Below are positions 1 to 9,821 of a stretch of 64,000 nt of DNA, piece after piece. Below the pieces are notes generated by a model, which made no database searches, was not told the origin of the DNA, and saw nothing but the letters and a program-made list of their open reading frames with translations. The translations under genes were made by a program, and so were the position numbers. Origin of the DNA: Candidatus Fervidifonticultor secundus (GTDB lineage Bacteria; Sysuimicrobiota; Sysuimicrobiia; Sysuimicrobiales; Humicultoraceae); assembly GCA_031459385.1 (NCBI GenBank), contig JAVKIP010000008.1, positions 32,001 through 96,000 on the forward strand, given 5' to 3'. Within the stretch, counting starts at the first letter, position 1, and each line of letters begins with the position of its first letter.

Positions 1-284
1 TAGCGCGTCGTGTACTGCAGCACGTCCTCCAGCGTGGTGTCCATGTACATCCAGTGGTTGCGGTGCGACCACATCTTGCACTGCGTGATGCACACCTTGT
101 CCACACCGGCGTCGTCCATGGCGGCCACCATAGCCTCCAGGCTGGGGAAGCTGGGCAGGCTGCCGCCCAGCGCCCGCTCCATGCGACAGACGAGCTCGCC
201 CGCTTTGGCCCGGTTCCACCGCGCGATGAACTCAGGCGTGGCCACGTAGTACATGAAGTCGATGGCGCCGATCGGTTCGTCCAC
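1..284 (-). CDS. Amidohydrolase-family protein, N-terminal part (runs off the left edge); BzdU/BamU-like position after the bcr genes
   Basis: Manual translation from GTG 284 (RBS GGAGGGAG upstream) gives MDEPIGAIDFMYY...AMDDAGVDKVCITQCKMWS. The 'MDxAGVDK' segment is typical of Amidohydro_2 proteins. Confidence 0.6.
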   Translation of the reverse strand, partial: MDEPIGAIDFMYYVATPEFIARWNRAKAGELVCRMERALGGSLPSFPSLEAMVAAMDDAGVDKVCITQCKMWSHRNHWMYMDTTLEDVLQYTTR

Positions 285-326
285 AGGCTCCCTCCTCGAC
301 GCGCGCCGTGGCAGTTCGGTCCGCGC

Positions 327-1136
327 TCAGGCCGTGGCGCGCTCGGCCAGCCGGCGCAGCCGCTCGTGTGCCAGACGGGCCGCGCCCATGGCGCCGGCGT
401 AGACGCCCAGCGCGTCGGGCGGCACGCGGAACGTGACGTTCAGCGTCTCCTCCAGAGCCCGGCGCATGAGCGGCACGCGCGTCAGCCCGCCAGTCAGCGC
501 GTAGGCGGGCTCGGCCCGCAGGCGCTTCACCAGCTGGGCGGCCCGCTCGGCCAGGGCTACCAGCGCGCCGGCGCAGACGTCCTCGGGGCTGCGGCCCGCC
601 ACCAGGTGGTTGATGACCTCGCTCTCGGCGAACACGGCGCAGATGCTGGAGACGACGGCAGGGGCGGTGGCGGCATCGGCCAGCCGCGCGATGTCGGCGG
701 GCTCGTAGCCCATGTACCGCACGGTCTTTTCGAGGAAGGCCCCGCTGCCCGCCGCGCACTTGTCGTTGAGGCGGAACGTCTTCACCCGCCCCCGCTCGTC
801 CAGGCGGATCGCCTTCACGTTCTGCCCGCCGATGTCCAGGACTGTGCGCACGTCGGGGTAGAGGCCGTGGATCGCCCATGCCTGTGCCGTCAGGTCGGTG
901 ACCGCTACGTCCCGCAACGGCACCATGTGGCGGCCGTAGCCCGTGGCCGCGACGTACGCCACGTCCTCGCGCCGGCACCCTGCGGCCTCCAGCGCCGCCT
1001 CCAGCGCCCGCTCGGCGGCCCGCGCGAAGTTGAAGCCGCTGGCGACCATCGCCCGCCCCACGATGGCGCCCGCGCCGTTGGCCAGCACCACCTTGGTGTA
1101 CGATGCGCCGGCGTCGATGCCGGCGGTCAGCGTCAC
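327..1136 (-). CDS. bcrD: Class I benzoyl-CoA reductase ATPase/activase subunit (BcrD-like)
   Basis: ASKHA motifs [30 protein letters not shown] and [12 protein letters not shown]. The GTG start overlaps the upstream stop (GTGA). Fourth gene of a CBAD-order cluster. Confidence 0.8.
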   Translation of the reverse strand: MTLTAGIDAGASYTKVVLANGAGAIVGRAMVASGFNFARAAERALEAALEAAGCRREDVAYVAATGYGRHMVPLRDVAVTDLTAQAWAIHGLYPDVRTVLDIGGQNVKAIRLDERGRVKTFRLNDKCAAGSGAFLEKTVRYMGYEPADIARLADAATAPAVVSSICAVFAESEVINHLVAGRSPEDVCAGALVALAERAAQLVKRLRAEPAYALTGGLTRVPLMRRALEETLNVTFRVPPDALGVYAGAMGAARLAHERLRRLAERATA

Positions 1137-1975
1137 GGCCCGTCCCCTCCTGCGGCGGGCACCCCGGCCGGCAGCGCCGCGGGGGCCGGCCCGCCGGCTG
1201 TGATGTGGTCCAGCGCGAACAGGGCCGCGCCGATGGCCCCGCAGTAGTGCGACTCGTCGCTGACGTTCACCGGCGCCCCCACCATCTCGCCGATGAGCTT
1301 GACCATGGCCACGTTGCGCGACACGCCGCCAGTGAAGGTGAGCTCGGGGTGGATGCCCACCCGGCGGACCAGGGAGATGCTGCGGGCGGCGATGGCGGCG
1401 TGCACGCCCATCAAGACGTCTTCGACCTTCCGCCCCCGCGCCAGCCACCCCAGGATCTCCGACTCGGCGAACACGGTGCAGGTGTTCGTGATAGCCACCG
1501 GGTGCCGGGCGGTGAGCGCCAGCGGCCCCAGCTCGCCCAGCGGGAGGTCCAGGGCCGCCGACGCCGCACCCAGGAAGCGCCCGGTGCCGGCCGAGCACTT
1601 GTCGTTCATGCAGAAGTCGAGCACCTGGCCCGCCTCGCCAACGCGGATCGCCTTGGTGTCCTGGCCGCCGATGTCGAGCACGGTGCGCGTGCCGGGGAAG
1701 AGGAAGACCGCGCCCCGGGCATGGCAGGAGATCTCGGTGACCTGCGTGTGGCCGAACTCCACGCGGAAGCGGCCGTAGCCTGTGCCCACGATGTAGGCCA
1801 CGGTGCGCTCGCTCACATCGGCGTCCTCCAGGGCCAGCTGGAACGCCTGCCGGGCGGCCTCGGTGAGGCGAGCGCCGGTGTCCACGATGCCACGACCCAG
1901 GATGCGCCGCTGCGGGTGCAGGACGACCGCTTTGGTCTGCGTGGACCCCACGTCGACCCCGGCGACGACGGTCAC
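1133..1975 (-). CDS. bcrA: Class I benzoyl-CoA reductase ATPase/activase subunit (short BcrA/BzdQ-like)
   Basis: Motifs [45 protein letters not shown] and TCTVFAESE. About 280 aa. Confidence 0.8.
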   Translation of the reverse strand: MTVVAGVDVGSTQTKAVVLHPQRRILGRGIVDTGARLTEAARQAFQLALEDADVSERTVAYIVGTGYGRFRVEFGHTQVTEISCHARGAVFLFPGTRTVLDIGGQDTKAIRVGEAGQVLDFCMNDKCSAGTGRFLGAASAALDLPLGELGPLALTARHPVAITNTCTVFAESEILGWLARGRKVEDVLMGVHAAIAARSISLVRRVGIHPELTFTGGVSRNVAMVKLIGEMVGAPVNVSDESHYCGAIGAALFALDHITAGGPAPAALPAGVPAAGGDGP

Positions 1976-1979
1976 GACC

Positions 1980-3269
1980 TCACCTCCCCGCGCCGACCTT
2001 GCGGGCGGCCAGCGCCTCGAAGAACGCGTCCACCCGGTTCTTGATCTGCGCGTCCGACCACAGCCGCGCGTCGACCAGGTCGGACTGGATGAACAGCCCC
2101 GGCACGTCGTGCTGGATGCGCAGCCACTCCCGCACGTCGGGCAGACCGGTGGAGGTGGTCCGGCACGACTTGACGCCGTGGAGGCAGATGCCGTCCACGG
2201 CCCAGTCGCGCACCGCACCGGCGAGCCACTCCTGGGGATAGAACATCGAGCCGGTGAAGCCCCACCAGGCCGCCTGGAGCATCTGCTCGGCCAGGCTCTC
2301 CAGGGGGCGCGCCAGGTCGTAGCCGAAGCCCGGGATGAACCCGCCCCCGGCGAAGATCATGTAGGTGCTGAGCACGAAGACGCCGCCCCACGACTCGAAC
2401 AGTTCCACGAACCGCTTGAAGTGCGTGTAGCATGCGGTCCCCGCCAGGAGCAGCCGGAACTTCTCGTCGGCCACGGTGCCCAGGCCCAGGCGCACGCGCT
2501 CGCGCAGTTCGTCCCGGGCCAGCGCGAAGAACCGGGTGCCCTCCGGGGTACCCCGGTACAGGTTGGCGATTCCCTGGTAAGTGATGCCCTCGCGGGCCGC
2601 GTTGAACGGCGCTGGCCGCTGGCGGTTGAGCGCCAGCACCTCGTGGTAGGCGGTGGCCATGCGGTTCGTCTCGGCCATGGCCTCGCGGAGCCGGTCGATG
2701 TCGAAGGGCCGGCCCGTGACCCGCTCGCACAGTGCGATCAACTCGCGCAGCTGCCCTTCCACGTAGCGGCGGTCGCTCTGGAAGGCCGGGTCAGCGGGGT
2801 CAGGCGTCGCGCCGCCGCCGCGCCAGGCCGGCAGGTCCAGCACGAAGACCGGGCACCGGTAGTAGTGCTCCCAGAACTCCGCCCACTTGACGTAGGTGTT
2901 GCACATGTTGGTGACCAGGACCAGCGCGGGGGGCGGCACGCGGCCGTGGGGGTGCTCGCCGCCCTTGAGCTGCAGCCCCACGTCCACCTTGACGTAGCCG
3001 CAGATATCCGGGGAGAAGCCGTAGTCCTCTGCGGCCTGCAGGTACGTCATGGACTGCCCGCGTACCGCGGTCTGCAGCGCGGTGACCTCAGGGAAGTTGA
3101 TGACGAAGTCGAAGACCCGCAGGATCTCGTTGAAGGAGCCCATCACGAAGACGTAGGCGGCAGGCCGGCCGCCGCCTGCCGCGCCGGTCATCTCCTGCCA
3201 CCAGCCATCCAGCAGCCGGCGGCTCTCCTTGCGGGTGGCGCCGACCAGGTCCTGGGCCTGCGTGGTCAT
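1980..3269 (-). CDS. bcrB: Benzoyl-CoA reductase subunit B (HgdB/BcrB family)
   Basis: Cys motifs DICGYVK, NMCNTY and GVKSCR, and C-terminal [25 protein letters not shown]. Lies between bcrC and two activase genes. Confidence 0.8.
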   Translation of the reverse strand: MTTQAQDLVGATRKESRRLLDGWWQEMTGAAGGGRPAAYVFVMGSFNEILRVFDFVINFPEVTALQTAVRGQSMTYLQAAEDYGFSPDICGYVKVDVGLQLKGGEHPHGRVPPPALVLVTNMCNTYVKWAEFWEHYYRCPVFVLDLPAWRGGGATPDPADPAFQSDRRYVEGQLRELIALCERVTGRPFDIDRLREAMAETNRMATAYHEVLALNRQRPAPFNAAREGITYQGIANLYRGTPEGTRFFALARDELRERVRLGLGTVADEKFRLLLAGTACYTHFKRFVELFESWGGVFVLSTYMIFAGGGFIPGFGYDLARPLESLAEQMLQAAWWGFTGSMFYPQEWLAGAVRDWAVDGICLHGVKSCRTTSTGLPDVREWLRIQHDVPGLFIQSDLVDARLWSDAQIKNRVDAFFEALAARKVGAGR

Positions 3270-3284
3270 CGTCGGTCCCCGTCC

Positions 3285-4445
3285 TCAGGCGAACTCGAAG
3301 AGCAGCGACTCGGCAAACGTCTCGACCTGGATCCCGACCTGCTCGAAGGTCGCCATCGTCTCTTCGAACTCCAGCACCAGGTAGGGCACCCCGGCGGCCT
3401 CCAGCGCGCGGGTGTAGTGCACCTGCTCTTCCAGCCCGGGCTCGCACATCTTGGGTGCCGCGACGATGACGGCGTCGGCGCCCGCGTCGCGCACCCGCTG
3501 GAGCAGCATCTCGGCTTTGGGCTTGCGCGGATCGTGTTGCACCGGGCTGTAGCTGGACGCGTTCAGGTAGGCCCACGCCAGGTTGGCCAGCGGGTCGCCG
3601 TCGGTGGCGACGTCGTCCTGCAGCCAGCGCAGCCCGATGAGGAGGTCGTCGTCGACGATGTAGCAGGCGTCCTGGATCACGGCCAGCATGTCCAGCGGCG
3701 GCTGCTCGCAGTAGCCACCCTCGAAGACCACGCGGATGCGGTCCTGCCGCCGGGCCGGCCGCTGCGGCACCAGGTCCAGAACGCGCCGCAGCAGCTCGTT
3801 GTGGGCTTCCCGCGGCATCACCGCGCCCGCGCGGGCCAGCACGTAGGCCTCCAGCGCCGACAGCAGCCAGGGCGTCTCGCGCTTGACGCGGTAGAGCGCG
3901 CGCAGCAGGCGGCGGTTCTCGTTGAACAGCGCGATGCTGGCCCGCAGTCCGTCGGCGGTGACCGTCCGGCCGGTGGTCTGCTCGATCAGCCGCAGCACCC
4001 GCCCGTACTCGCCGGCGAGGTAGTCTACCGCGTGCGGGGAGGCGGCGTTCTGCGGGAGGTAGAGCACCTGGGTGGTCAGGTGGGGGAAGTTGCGGACCCA
4101 CACCCCGCAAGCGTTGCGCACCGCGTCGCAGATCGAGGGGATGACGAAGAGCGAGAGGAAGTCCAGGCGGCCCGACAGCGCCAGCTCGAGGGACGAGCGA
4201 ACGATGGAACAGACGAAGGCAGCGATGCGGGCGTCGGCCTGGCGAATCTGGACGGTGCTGCCCGCCCCCATGATCTTCACGGGCAGCATCCCGGCGGCGT
4301 GGGCGAGTTCCTCGGGAAAGTAGACCTGGAAGTGGCCCAGGACCCTGCCCTCGGGATGGTCAGCCAGCCAGCGTCGGACCGCGGGGAAACTCGGATCCTC
4401 GACCAGAGCCCGGCAGTCGTCGATGATGCGCTCCAGGTCACCCAT
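3285..4445 (-). CDS. bcrC: Benzoyl-CoA reductase subunit C
   Basis: Motifs VYFPEELAHAAGMLP, PSICD, LPQN, GGYCEQPPL and CYIVDDD. Length (386 aa) and motifs resemble Thauera-type BcrC as I recall it. Confidence 0.85.
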   Translation of the reverse strand: MGDLERIIDDCRALVEDPSFPAVRRWLADHPEGRVLGHFQVYFPEELAHAAGMLPVKIMGAGSTVQIRQADARIAAFVCSIVRSSLELALSGRLDFLSLFVIPSICDAVRNACGVWVRNFPHLTTQVLYLPQNAASPHAVDYLAGEYGRVLRLIEQTTGRTVTADGLRASIALFNENRRLLRALYRVKRETPWLLSALEAYVLARAGAVMPREAHNELLRRVLDLVPQRPARRQDRIRVVFEGGYCEQPPLDMLAVIQDACYIVDDDLLIGLRWLQDDVATDGDPLANLAWAYLNASSYSPVQHDPRKPKAEMLLQRVRDAGADAVIVAAPKMCEPGLEEQVHYTRALEAAGVPYLVLEFEETMATFEQVGIQVETFAESLLFEFA

Positions 4446-4543
4446 CGAGATCTCCCTGGCCCCCCATGTGCCGTCCGACCCGCCGGCCGGTCTCCGGTGC
4501 GGGCCCCTGGCAGGCCATGCCGCCCTGTCCTTTGCCCTCTCTT

Positions 4544-4563
4544 TTAACTGACCGGTCAGTCAA
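4544..4563. promoter_or_regulatory. Palindromic operator candidate upstream of bcrC (TetR-type)
   Basis: Perfect 14-bp palindrome ACTGACCGGTCAGT at 4547-4560, extending as TT-A-...-C-AA, in the bcrC leader. Confidence 0.6.
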
Positions 4564-5750
4564 CGTCCATCGGGTGGAGAACCGATTTTGCACAGCCTGA
4601 CGAAGGCATAGCCCTCCATCAACCGACGGGCAGTCCTGGCGTATGCGGCCCGGAGGACCTGCCAGTCTCCCCTAGGCCCCGGCCGCGCATCCGCCGCTAC
4701 GACCATGATGCCGCTGGGATGTCCAAGGCGGATGCGGTCTCCCCCGCCCGTCCGGGCCACCGCGGCCGGTACGCTCCCCGGGAGCACGGCAGCGACGGCG
4801 GCACACGCGGCCGCCGTTCCGGGGAACGCCTTGTGCAGCACAGGCGGTCGCCCGCCCGCCAGGCGGACCAGCAGGTCGACCGACCGGGCCTCCACGGTGG
4901 CACCCCGTAGGGTGGCAAACGGGGCGGGCGGCGCTACCGCCACCGGCAGTGGCACAAGACCGTCACGGGGCACACCCAGCCGGCCCGCCGCTGCCTCCTT
5001 GACGGCCATCATCGCCTCCAGCATGCGTGCGGTGAACGTCTGCGGCCCCTCGGTGCCGCTCATGCCCGCGGCCCGGGCCGGGAAGAAGACGCAGAGGTTG
5101 GCCAGGTCCACGATGGTGACCTCTACCGGACCGAGTCCTGCGACCGGGAGGACATCGCGCACGGCTCCGGTGGGGAGGAGACGGCCCGTGGCGGCGCCGG
5201 CGGCGCCGGCGAAGTCCAGCAGGATCTCCGCCCCTGGATCCGGCACACCGTCCACGACGCAGTCGCCTTCAACGGCCGGACGGCCGCTGCGAACCGGCAC
5301 CAGCGCCGTGTAGACCTTTCCGGTGTTGGTGTTGTGCACCCGCACCGGCGTCAGCGGCTCGGCCGGCCGCACGAACCCTTCTTCGACGGCGTATACGCCC
5401 ACGGCAGCCGAGAGATTGCCGCAGTTGATGTCGTAGTCGACCACCGGCTCGGTGATGCTGACCTGGCCAAAGGTGTAGTCCACGTCGGCGTCGGGGCGCG
5501 TGGGGGGGCCGATGATCGCCACCTTGCTGGTGAGGATGTCGGCACCGCCCAGCCCGTCGATCTGGCGGGGGTCAGGGCTGCCGAACAGCGCCAGAATCAC
5601 GCGGTCGCGCAGGGCCGGGTCGGCTGGCAGGTCGCCGGTTCGCAGGAAGACGCCCTTGCTGGTACCTCCGCGCATGAGCACGCACCGGACCGGCACCTGC
5701 TCGCCGACCATCGGCAGTGCCGCGGGGGAGGCCCGAACGGCCCGCGCCAC
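4560..5750 (-). CDS. PrpF/Mii-family allylic or cis-trans isomerase (methylitaconate/methylaconitate isomerase-like)
   Basis: Motifs MRGGTSKG, GSPDPRQIDGLGGADILTSKVA, NCGN, GHPSG and RTARRLMEG. RBS AAGGAGG lies before GTG 5750. Confidence 0.9.
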   Translation of the reverse strand: MARAVRASPAALPMVGEQVPVRCVLMRGGTSKGVFLRTGDLPADPALRDRVILALFGSPDPRQIDGLGGADILTSKVAIIGPPTRPDADVDYTFGQVSITEPVVDYDINCGNLSAAVGVYAVEEGFVRPAEPLTPVRVHNTNTGKVYTALVPVRSGRPAVEGDCVVDGVPDPGAEILLDFAGAAGAATGRLLPTGAVRDVLPVAGLGPVEVTIVDLANLCVFFPARAAGMSGTEGPQTFTARMLEAMMAVKEAAAGRLGVPRDGLVPLPVAVAPPAPFATLRGATVEARSVDLLVRLAGGRPPVLHKAFPGTAAACAAVAAVLPGSVPAAVARTGGGDRIRLGHPSGIMVVAADARPGPRGDWQVLRAAYARTARRLMEGYAFVRLCKIGSPPDGR

Positions 5751-5821
5751 GACGTCCACCTCCTTGTCTGTTCCTCCAAATGGCGCCCGGTGGCCCCGGT
5801 CGGGACCGTGCGCCGGGCGGT

Positions 5822-6964
5822 TTATGCGGCGGCGATCAGCACCGTGCACGCCGCGCCCTCGATGCCTGCGGCTTTGCCCCCGCGGCAGTGAGCCAGACCC
5901 ACCCGCGCCCGGGCGATCTGGCGGGCGCCGGCCTCGCCGCGGATCTGGCGGACGAGTTCGACCACCTGCGCCACGCCGGTCGCCCCCAGCGGATGTCCCT
6001 TGCCCAGCAGGCCGCCGCTGGGGTTGATCGGGCGCCGGCCGCCCAGCGACGCTTCCCCGCGCTCCAGCGCGGCCGGGTAGGCTCCCGGCGGCCACAGCCC
6101 CAGCCCTTCTACCCGCAGGATCTCCGCGATGGAGAAGCAGTCGTGGACCTCGGCAAAGTCGACGTCGTCGGGGCCCACGCCGGCCTGCTCGTAGGCCACC
6201 CGGGCGGTGCGCGCCGTGAGCTCCTCGAACGCCATCGAGCCAGGAGTGGCCTCCACGGCCCCAGTCTGCAGGGCGGCCGCCCGCAGCCGCACGGTGCGGC
6301 TGCGGCCCACCTGGTCCGCCACCCGGTCGCTGCACAAAATCGCGGCGGCGGCGCCGTCGCTCACCGGGGAGCAGTCCAGCAGGCCCAGGGGATCGGCGAT
6401 CGGCCGCGCGCCCAGCACCTCCTCCAGCGTCACGGCTTTCTGGAACTGGGCGAGGGGGTTGCAGCTGGCGTTGTGTTTGTTCTTAACCGACACCAGGGCG
6501 ATCTGCCGGCGGGTGGTGCCGAACTCGGCCATGTGGCGTCGCGCGCGCATGGCGTAGACCGCCGGCATCGTGAGGCCCACGGCCGCCTCCAGGTCGTCCT
6601 CGCCAGGGGTGAGCGCGCCGCGGAAGCGCGACGTCAGGTGCTCGACGCCCACCGCCAGAACCACGTCGTGAGCTCCCGCGGCGATGGCCAGCGCGGCCTC
6701 GCGGACGGCGACGGCGCCGCTGCTGCAGGCGTCTTCCACGTTGGTCAGCGGGATGCCGGCCAGTCCCACCTGCGCCAGGACCCGCTGGCCGGTCACCATA
6801 CCCTGGAAGACGTGCCCGCAGTAGGCGGCCTCGATGCGCCGCGGGTCGATGCCGGCATCGCGGACGGCCTCCAGCACCGCATCTGCGCCCAGGTCGACCG
6901 CTGTGCGGTCGGTGTGCTTGCCGAACTTCGTCATGCCCACGCCGAGGATCCAGACCTCACCCAT
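5822..6964 (-). CDS. SCP2-type thiolase, BbsB (benzoylsuccinyl-CoA thiolase)-like
   Basis: Motifs NVEDACSSG (catalytic Cys), YAMRAR, EVHDCF, GHPLGATG and C-terminal HCRGG...EGAACT. Paired with a DUF35 gene. Confidence 0.85.
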   Translation of the reverse strand: MGEVWILGVGMTKFGKHTDRTAVDLGADAVLEAVRDAGIDPRRIEAAYCGHVFQGMVTGQRVLAQVGLAGIPLTNVEDACSSGAVAVREAALAIAAGAHDVVLAVGVEHLTSRFRGALTPGEDDLEAAVGLTMPAVYAMRARRHMAEFGTTRRQIALVSVKNKHNASCNPLAQFQKAVTLEEVLGARPIADPLGLLDCSPVSDGAAAAILCSDRVADQVGRSRTVRLRAAALQTGAVEATPGSMAFEELTARTARVAYEQAGVGPDDVDFAEVHDCFSIAEILRVEGLGLWPPGAYPAALERGEASLGGRRPINPSGGLLGKGHPLGATGVAQVVELVRQIRGEAGARQIARARVGLAHCRGGKAAGIEGAACTVLIAAA

Positions 6965-7436
6965 CGCGCACCTCCCTCGCCACGTCCTGTCCGTGGGGGA
7001 CCTGGCACGGGTAGCCCCGGTAGGCCAGCACCGGCCGGCCATCGGACGTCGCCCGCACGGGCTCGACGCGGAGGTCCACCGGTGCGCCGATGCGGACGTC
7101 GCTCGGGTCGATGTCGGCCAGGGGCGCCAGGACCCGTACGCCGTCGGGCAGGTCGACGTATGCCAGGACGTAGGGCGTGGGGAACTCCGGCGTCGACTGG
7201 TGCACCACGGTGTAGGTGTAGACGGTGCCGCGCGAGGACAGGCCGACGACCTCCAGGTCGGTGGCCAGACATCGCGCGCAGACCAGACGACGCGGGAAGT
7301 AGCAGGCCCCGCAGCGCGGGCAGCGGCTGCCCGCCAGGCGCAGCCGCCCGCCCTCGTCAGGCACGAACAGCCCCGGCCGCAGAGGGACCGGCGCTGCAGC
7401 CGTCGCCGCCTGGTGCGCGGCCGCCGGTTCGCTCAC
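6957..7436 (-). CDS. DUF35 Zn-ribbon/OB-fold thiolase partner (BbsA-like)
   Basis: Zinc ribbon CPRCG...CARC followed by the OB-fold segment GTVYTYTVVH...PYVLAYVDL. Overlaps the thiolase start. Confidence 0.9.
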   Translation of the reverse strand: MSEPAAAHQAATAAAPVPLRPGLFVPDEGGRLRLAGSRCPRCGACYFPRRLVCARCLATDLEVVGLSSRGTVYTYTVVHQSTPEFPTPYVLAYVDLPDGVRVLAPLADIDPSDVRIGAPVDLRVEPVRATSDGRPVLAYRGYPCQVPHGQDVAREVRDG

Positions 7437-7437
7437 C

Positions 7438-8214
7438 TCAGATCACCTCCACCAGGCGCCACCGGGACGCGGCACGCTCCACCGCCCGCAGCGCCGCGTC
7501 GATGGCCCAGATCATGGCCAGCAGCACGGTCAGACCCGCCAGGACATCACGGGCGTTGAACATCGACTGAGCGAACGCCACCACCACCCCTACGCCGCGG
7601 GAGGCGCCGACGTACTCCCCGACGATGGTCCCGGCCAGGGCAAACCCCATGGTGACGCGCACGGTGCCCAGCAGCCACACCGCCACGGCCGGCAGGTAGA
7701 CGTGCCACAGCAACTGGACGCGGCGGGCGCCGAGCACACGGGCGGCGTGCACCACGTCGCGGTCCACCGCGGTGACCGCGGCATGGGTGTTGAACGCGGC
7801 CACGAAGAAGACCAGGGTGACGACCAGGACGATGCGGGGCGCCGCGCCCACACCCAGCCACAGCACCAGGAGCGGGTAGAGGATCACGCGCGGGACGGCG
7901 TTGCCGGCGGCCAGGAATGGCAGCACGATGCGAGTGGCCCGGGGCGAGGCAGCCAGGGCCCCACCGACCGCGGCACCCAGCGCCACCCCCAGCGCCAGTC
8001 CGCTTAAGGTCACGGCCAGCGTGGCGGTCACGTGCGGCAAAATGTAGCCCGAGGCCACCCAGGCGGCCGCCCGAACCAGGATCGCCGACGGGGTGCTCAC
8101 GTAGAACGGGTCGATGGCCCCCGCGCGCACCCCGGCCTCCCACGCAGACAGCAGGCCGGCCGCAGTGGCCACCCGCGCCAGAGCCAGGAGCGCCCGCCGG
8201 CTAGGTGCGCCCAT
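7438..8214 (-). CDS. NitT/TauT-family ABC transporter permease
   Basis: Hydrophobic, with an EAA-like loop (AARVLGA) and the segment IVGEYVGASRGVG. Confidence 0.9.
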   Translation of the reverse strand: MGAPSRRALLALARVATAAGLLSAWEAGVRAGAIDPFYVSTPSAILVRAAAWVASGYILPHVTATLAVTLSGLALGVALGAAVGGALAASPRATRIVLPFLAAGNAVPRVILYPLLVLWLGVGAAPRIVLVVTLVFFVAAFNTHAAVTAVDRDVVHAARVLGARRVQLLWHVYLPAVAVWLLGTVRVTMGFALAGTIVGEYVGASRGVGVVVAFAQSMFNARDVLAGLTVLLAMIWAIDAALRAVERAASRWRLVEVI

Positions 8215-9046
8215 GGGCAGCCAGGACCTCGTCGCGCAGGTCGGTCCAGATGCGCCGGTAGGTGGCCACGAACGCCTCGCTGCCCCGTACCTCGGTCACG
8301 TCGCGGGGACGGGGCAGGTCCACGGGATAGGCGGCCTTCACGCGGCCCGGCCGGCGGGTCAGCACGATCACGCGGTCGGCCAGGGCGATGGCTTCCTCGA
8401 GGTCGTGGGTGACGAACAGGATGGTGCTGCGGGCCTCGGCCCACAGCGCCAGCAGCTCGTTCTCCATCAGGTTGCGCGTCTGCACATCCAGGGCTGCGAA
8501 CGGCTCGTCCATCAGGATGATGGCCGGACGGTAGACCATGGTCATGGCCAGGGCGACGCGCTTGCGCATGCCGCCCGAGAGCTGCGAGGGGTAGTGGTGC
8601 TCGAACCCGGCCAGGCCGATGCGGTGCATCCACTCCCGGGCGGCCGCGCGGGCGCGGGCAGCGGGGGTCCCGCGCAGAACCAGCGGGAGCGCGACGTTGT
8701 CCAGGGCGGTCTTCCACGGCAGCAGGGTGTCGCGCTGGAAGACGTAGCCGATGCGGCCGGGCTGCAGCCCGGTGCTGGGCGCGCCGAAGATCCGTACCTC
8801 CCCCGCCGAGGGGCGCAGCAGGCCGCAGATCAGGTGGAGCAGCGTCGACTTGCCGCACCCCGACGGCCCGACCACCGAGACGAACTCGCCGGGCGCCACG
8901 CGGAATGACACGTCGGCCAGGGCGGACACCAGCGTGCCGCTCCCCGCAAACGTGCGGGCGAGCCGGTCTGCCTCGATGGCCGGCAGGGAGGGTCTGGCGT
9001 CTGCGGCGGAGAGCGGTGCGGCCGTCGCCGGCGCCTCAGCCTTCAT
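8201..9046 (-). CDS. NitT/TauT-family ABC transporter ATP-binding protein
   Basis: Motifs GPSGCGKS, LSGGM, MDEPF and VTHD. Confidence 0.95.
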   Translation of the reverse strand: MKAEAPATAAPLSAADARPSLPAIEADRLARTFAGSGTLVSALADVSFRVAPGEFVSVVGPSGCGKSTLLHLICGLLRPSAGEVRIFGAPSTGLQPGRIGYVFQRDTLLPWKTALDNVALPLVLRGTPAARARAAAREWMHRIGLAGFEHHYPSQLSGGMRKRVALAMTMVYRPAIILMDEPFAALDVQTRNLMENELLALWAEARSTILFVTHDLEEAIALADRVIVLTRRPGRVKAAYPVDLPRPRDVTEVRGSEAFVATYRRIWTDLRDEVLAAHGRT

Positions 9047-9821
9047 ACCGCGGCTCCTGCCGCCAGACGGACCAGCGGGCGTCCAGCCTGGCCACCGCAG
9101 CGTCCAGCAGCCACACCAGCACCATGGCCACCACCAGCCCTGCCATGACGCGGGACGTCTGGAAGAGGTGCTGCGCGCCGATGATCAGGTGGCCCAGGCC
9201 GCGCATCGACGCCATGTATTCGCCCAGGATGGTGCCGACGAACGCGAACCCCAGGCTAGTCCGGAGGCCGGCGGCGATCCACACCAGCGCCGCGGGGAGA
9301 TAGACGTGGCGGAGCATGGCCGCCGGTGATGCCCCCAGCAAGCGTACCTGCGCCACCAGGGTCCGGTCGATCTCGCGCACGGCCCCCAGGGTGTTGAACA
9401 GGCCCACGAAGAGCACGATCGTGACCACCAGGGCGACCTTGGAGGCGACGCCCAGTCCCAGCCACAACGCCAGCAGCGGGTAGAAGACGATCCGCGGGGT
9501 GGCGTTGAGGGTGGCCAGGGCCGGTTCGCACAGGCTGGCCAGGGGCGGGGCCAGGGCCAGGAGCAGGCCCACCGCCGCCCCCAGCGCCAGGCCCACCACC
9601 AGACCGGCGAGCGCCGCGCCCACCGTGGCACCCAGATGGGGCCACAGTTCGCCGGTCGCAACCCACCGCCAGATCTCTGTGGCTACGGCCGACGGGCGGC
9701 TGGTGAACTCCTCGGACAGACGGCCGGCCCGTACTGCGCCCTCCCAGATCGCCAGGCCTGCCGCTATCACGGCCCCCTGGAGGCCGACGGTGGCCAGCCC
9801 GTCACGCCGCCGGTCGCTCAC
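9036..9821 (-). CDS. NitT/TauT-family ABC transporter permease
   Basis: Hydrophobic paralog of 7438-8214, with ILGEYMASMRGLG. Confidence 0.9.
   Translation of the reverse strand: MSDRRRDGLATVGLQGAVIAAGLAIWEGAVRAGRLSEEFTSRPSAVATEIWRWVATGELWPHLGATVGAALAGLVVGLALGAAVGLLLALAPPLASLCEPALATLNATPRIVFYPLLALWLGLGVASKVALVVTIVLFVGLFNTLGAVREIDRTLVAQVRLLGASPAAMLRHVYLPAALVWIAAGLRTSLGFAFVGTILGEYMASMRGLGHLIIGAQHLFQTSRVMAGLVVAMVLVWLLDAAVARLDARWSVWRQEPRYEG

Noticed and set aside
327..4445. 2-hydroxyacyl-CoA (e.g. phenyllactyl-CoA) dehydratase instead of BCR
   Set aside because: Two different activase subunits, CBAD order, a BcrC-like sequence and a nearby dch favour benzoyl-CoA reductase. The alternative is not formally excluded.
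1803..4547. Long antisense ORFs (also 10061-12676, 54266-56317, 56053-59361 and many others)
   Set aside because: These are shadow frames of well-supported genes, expected at this GC content, and show no recognisable motifs.
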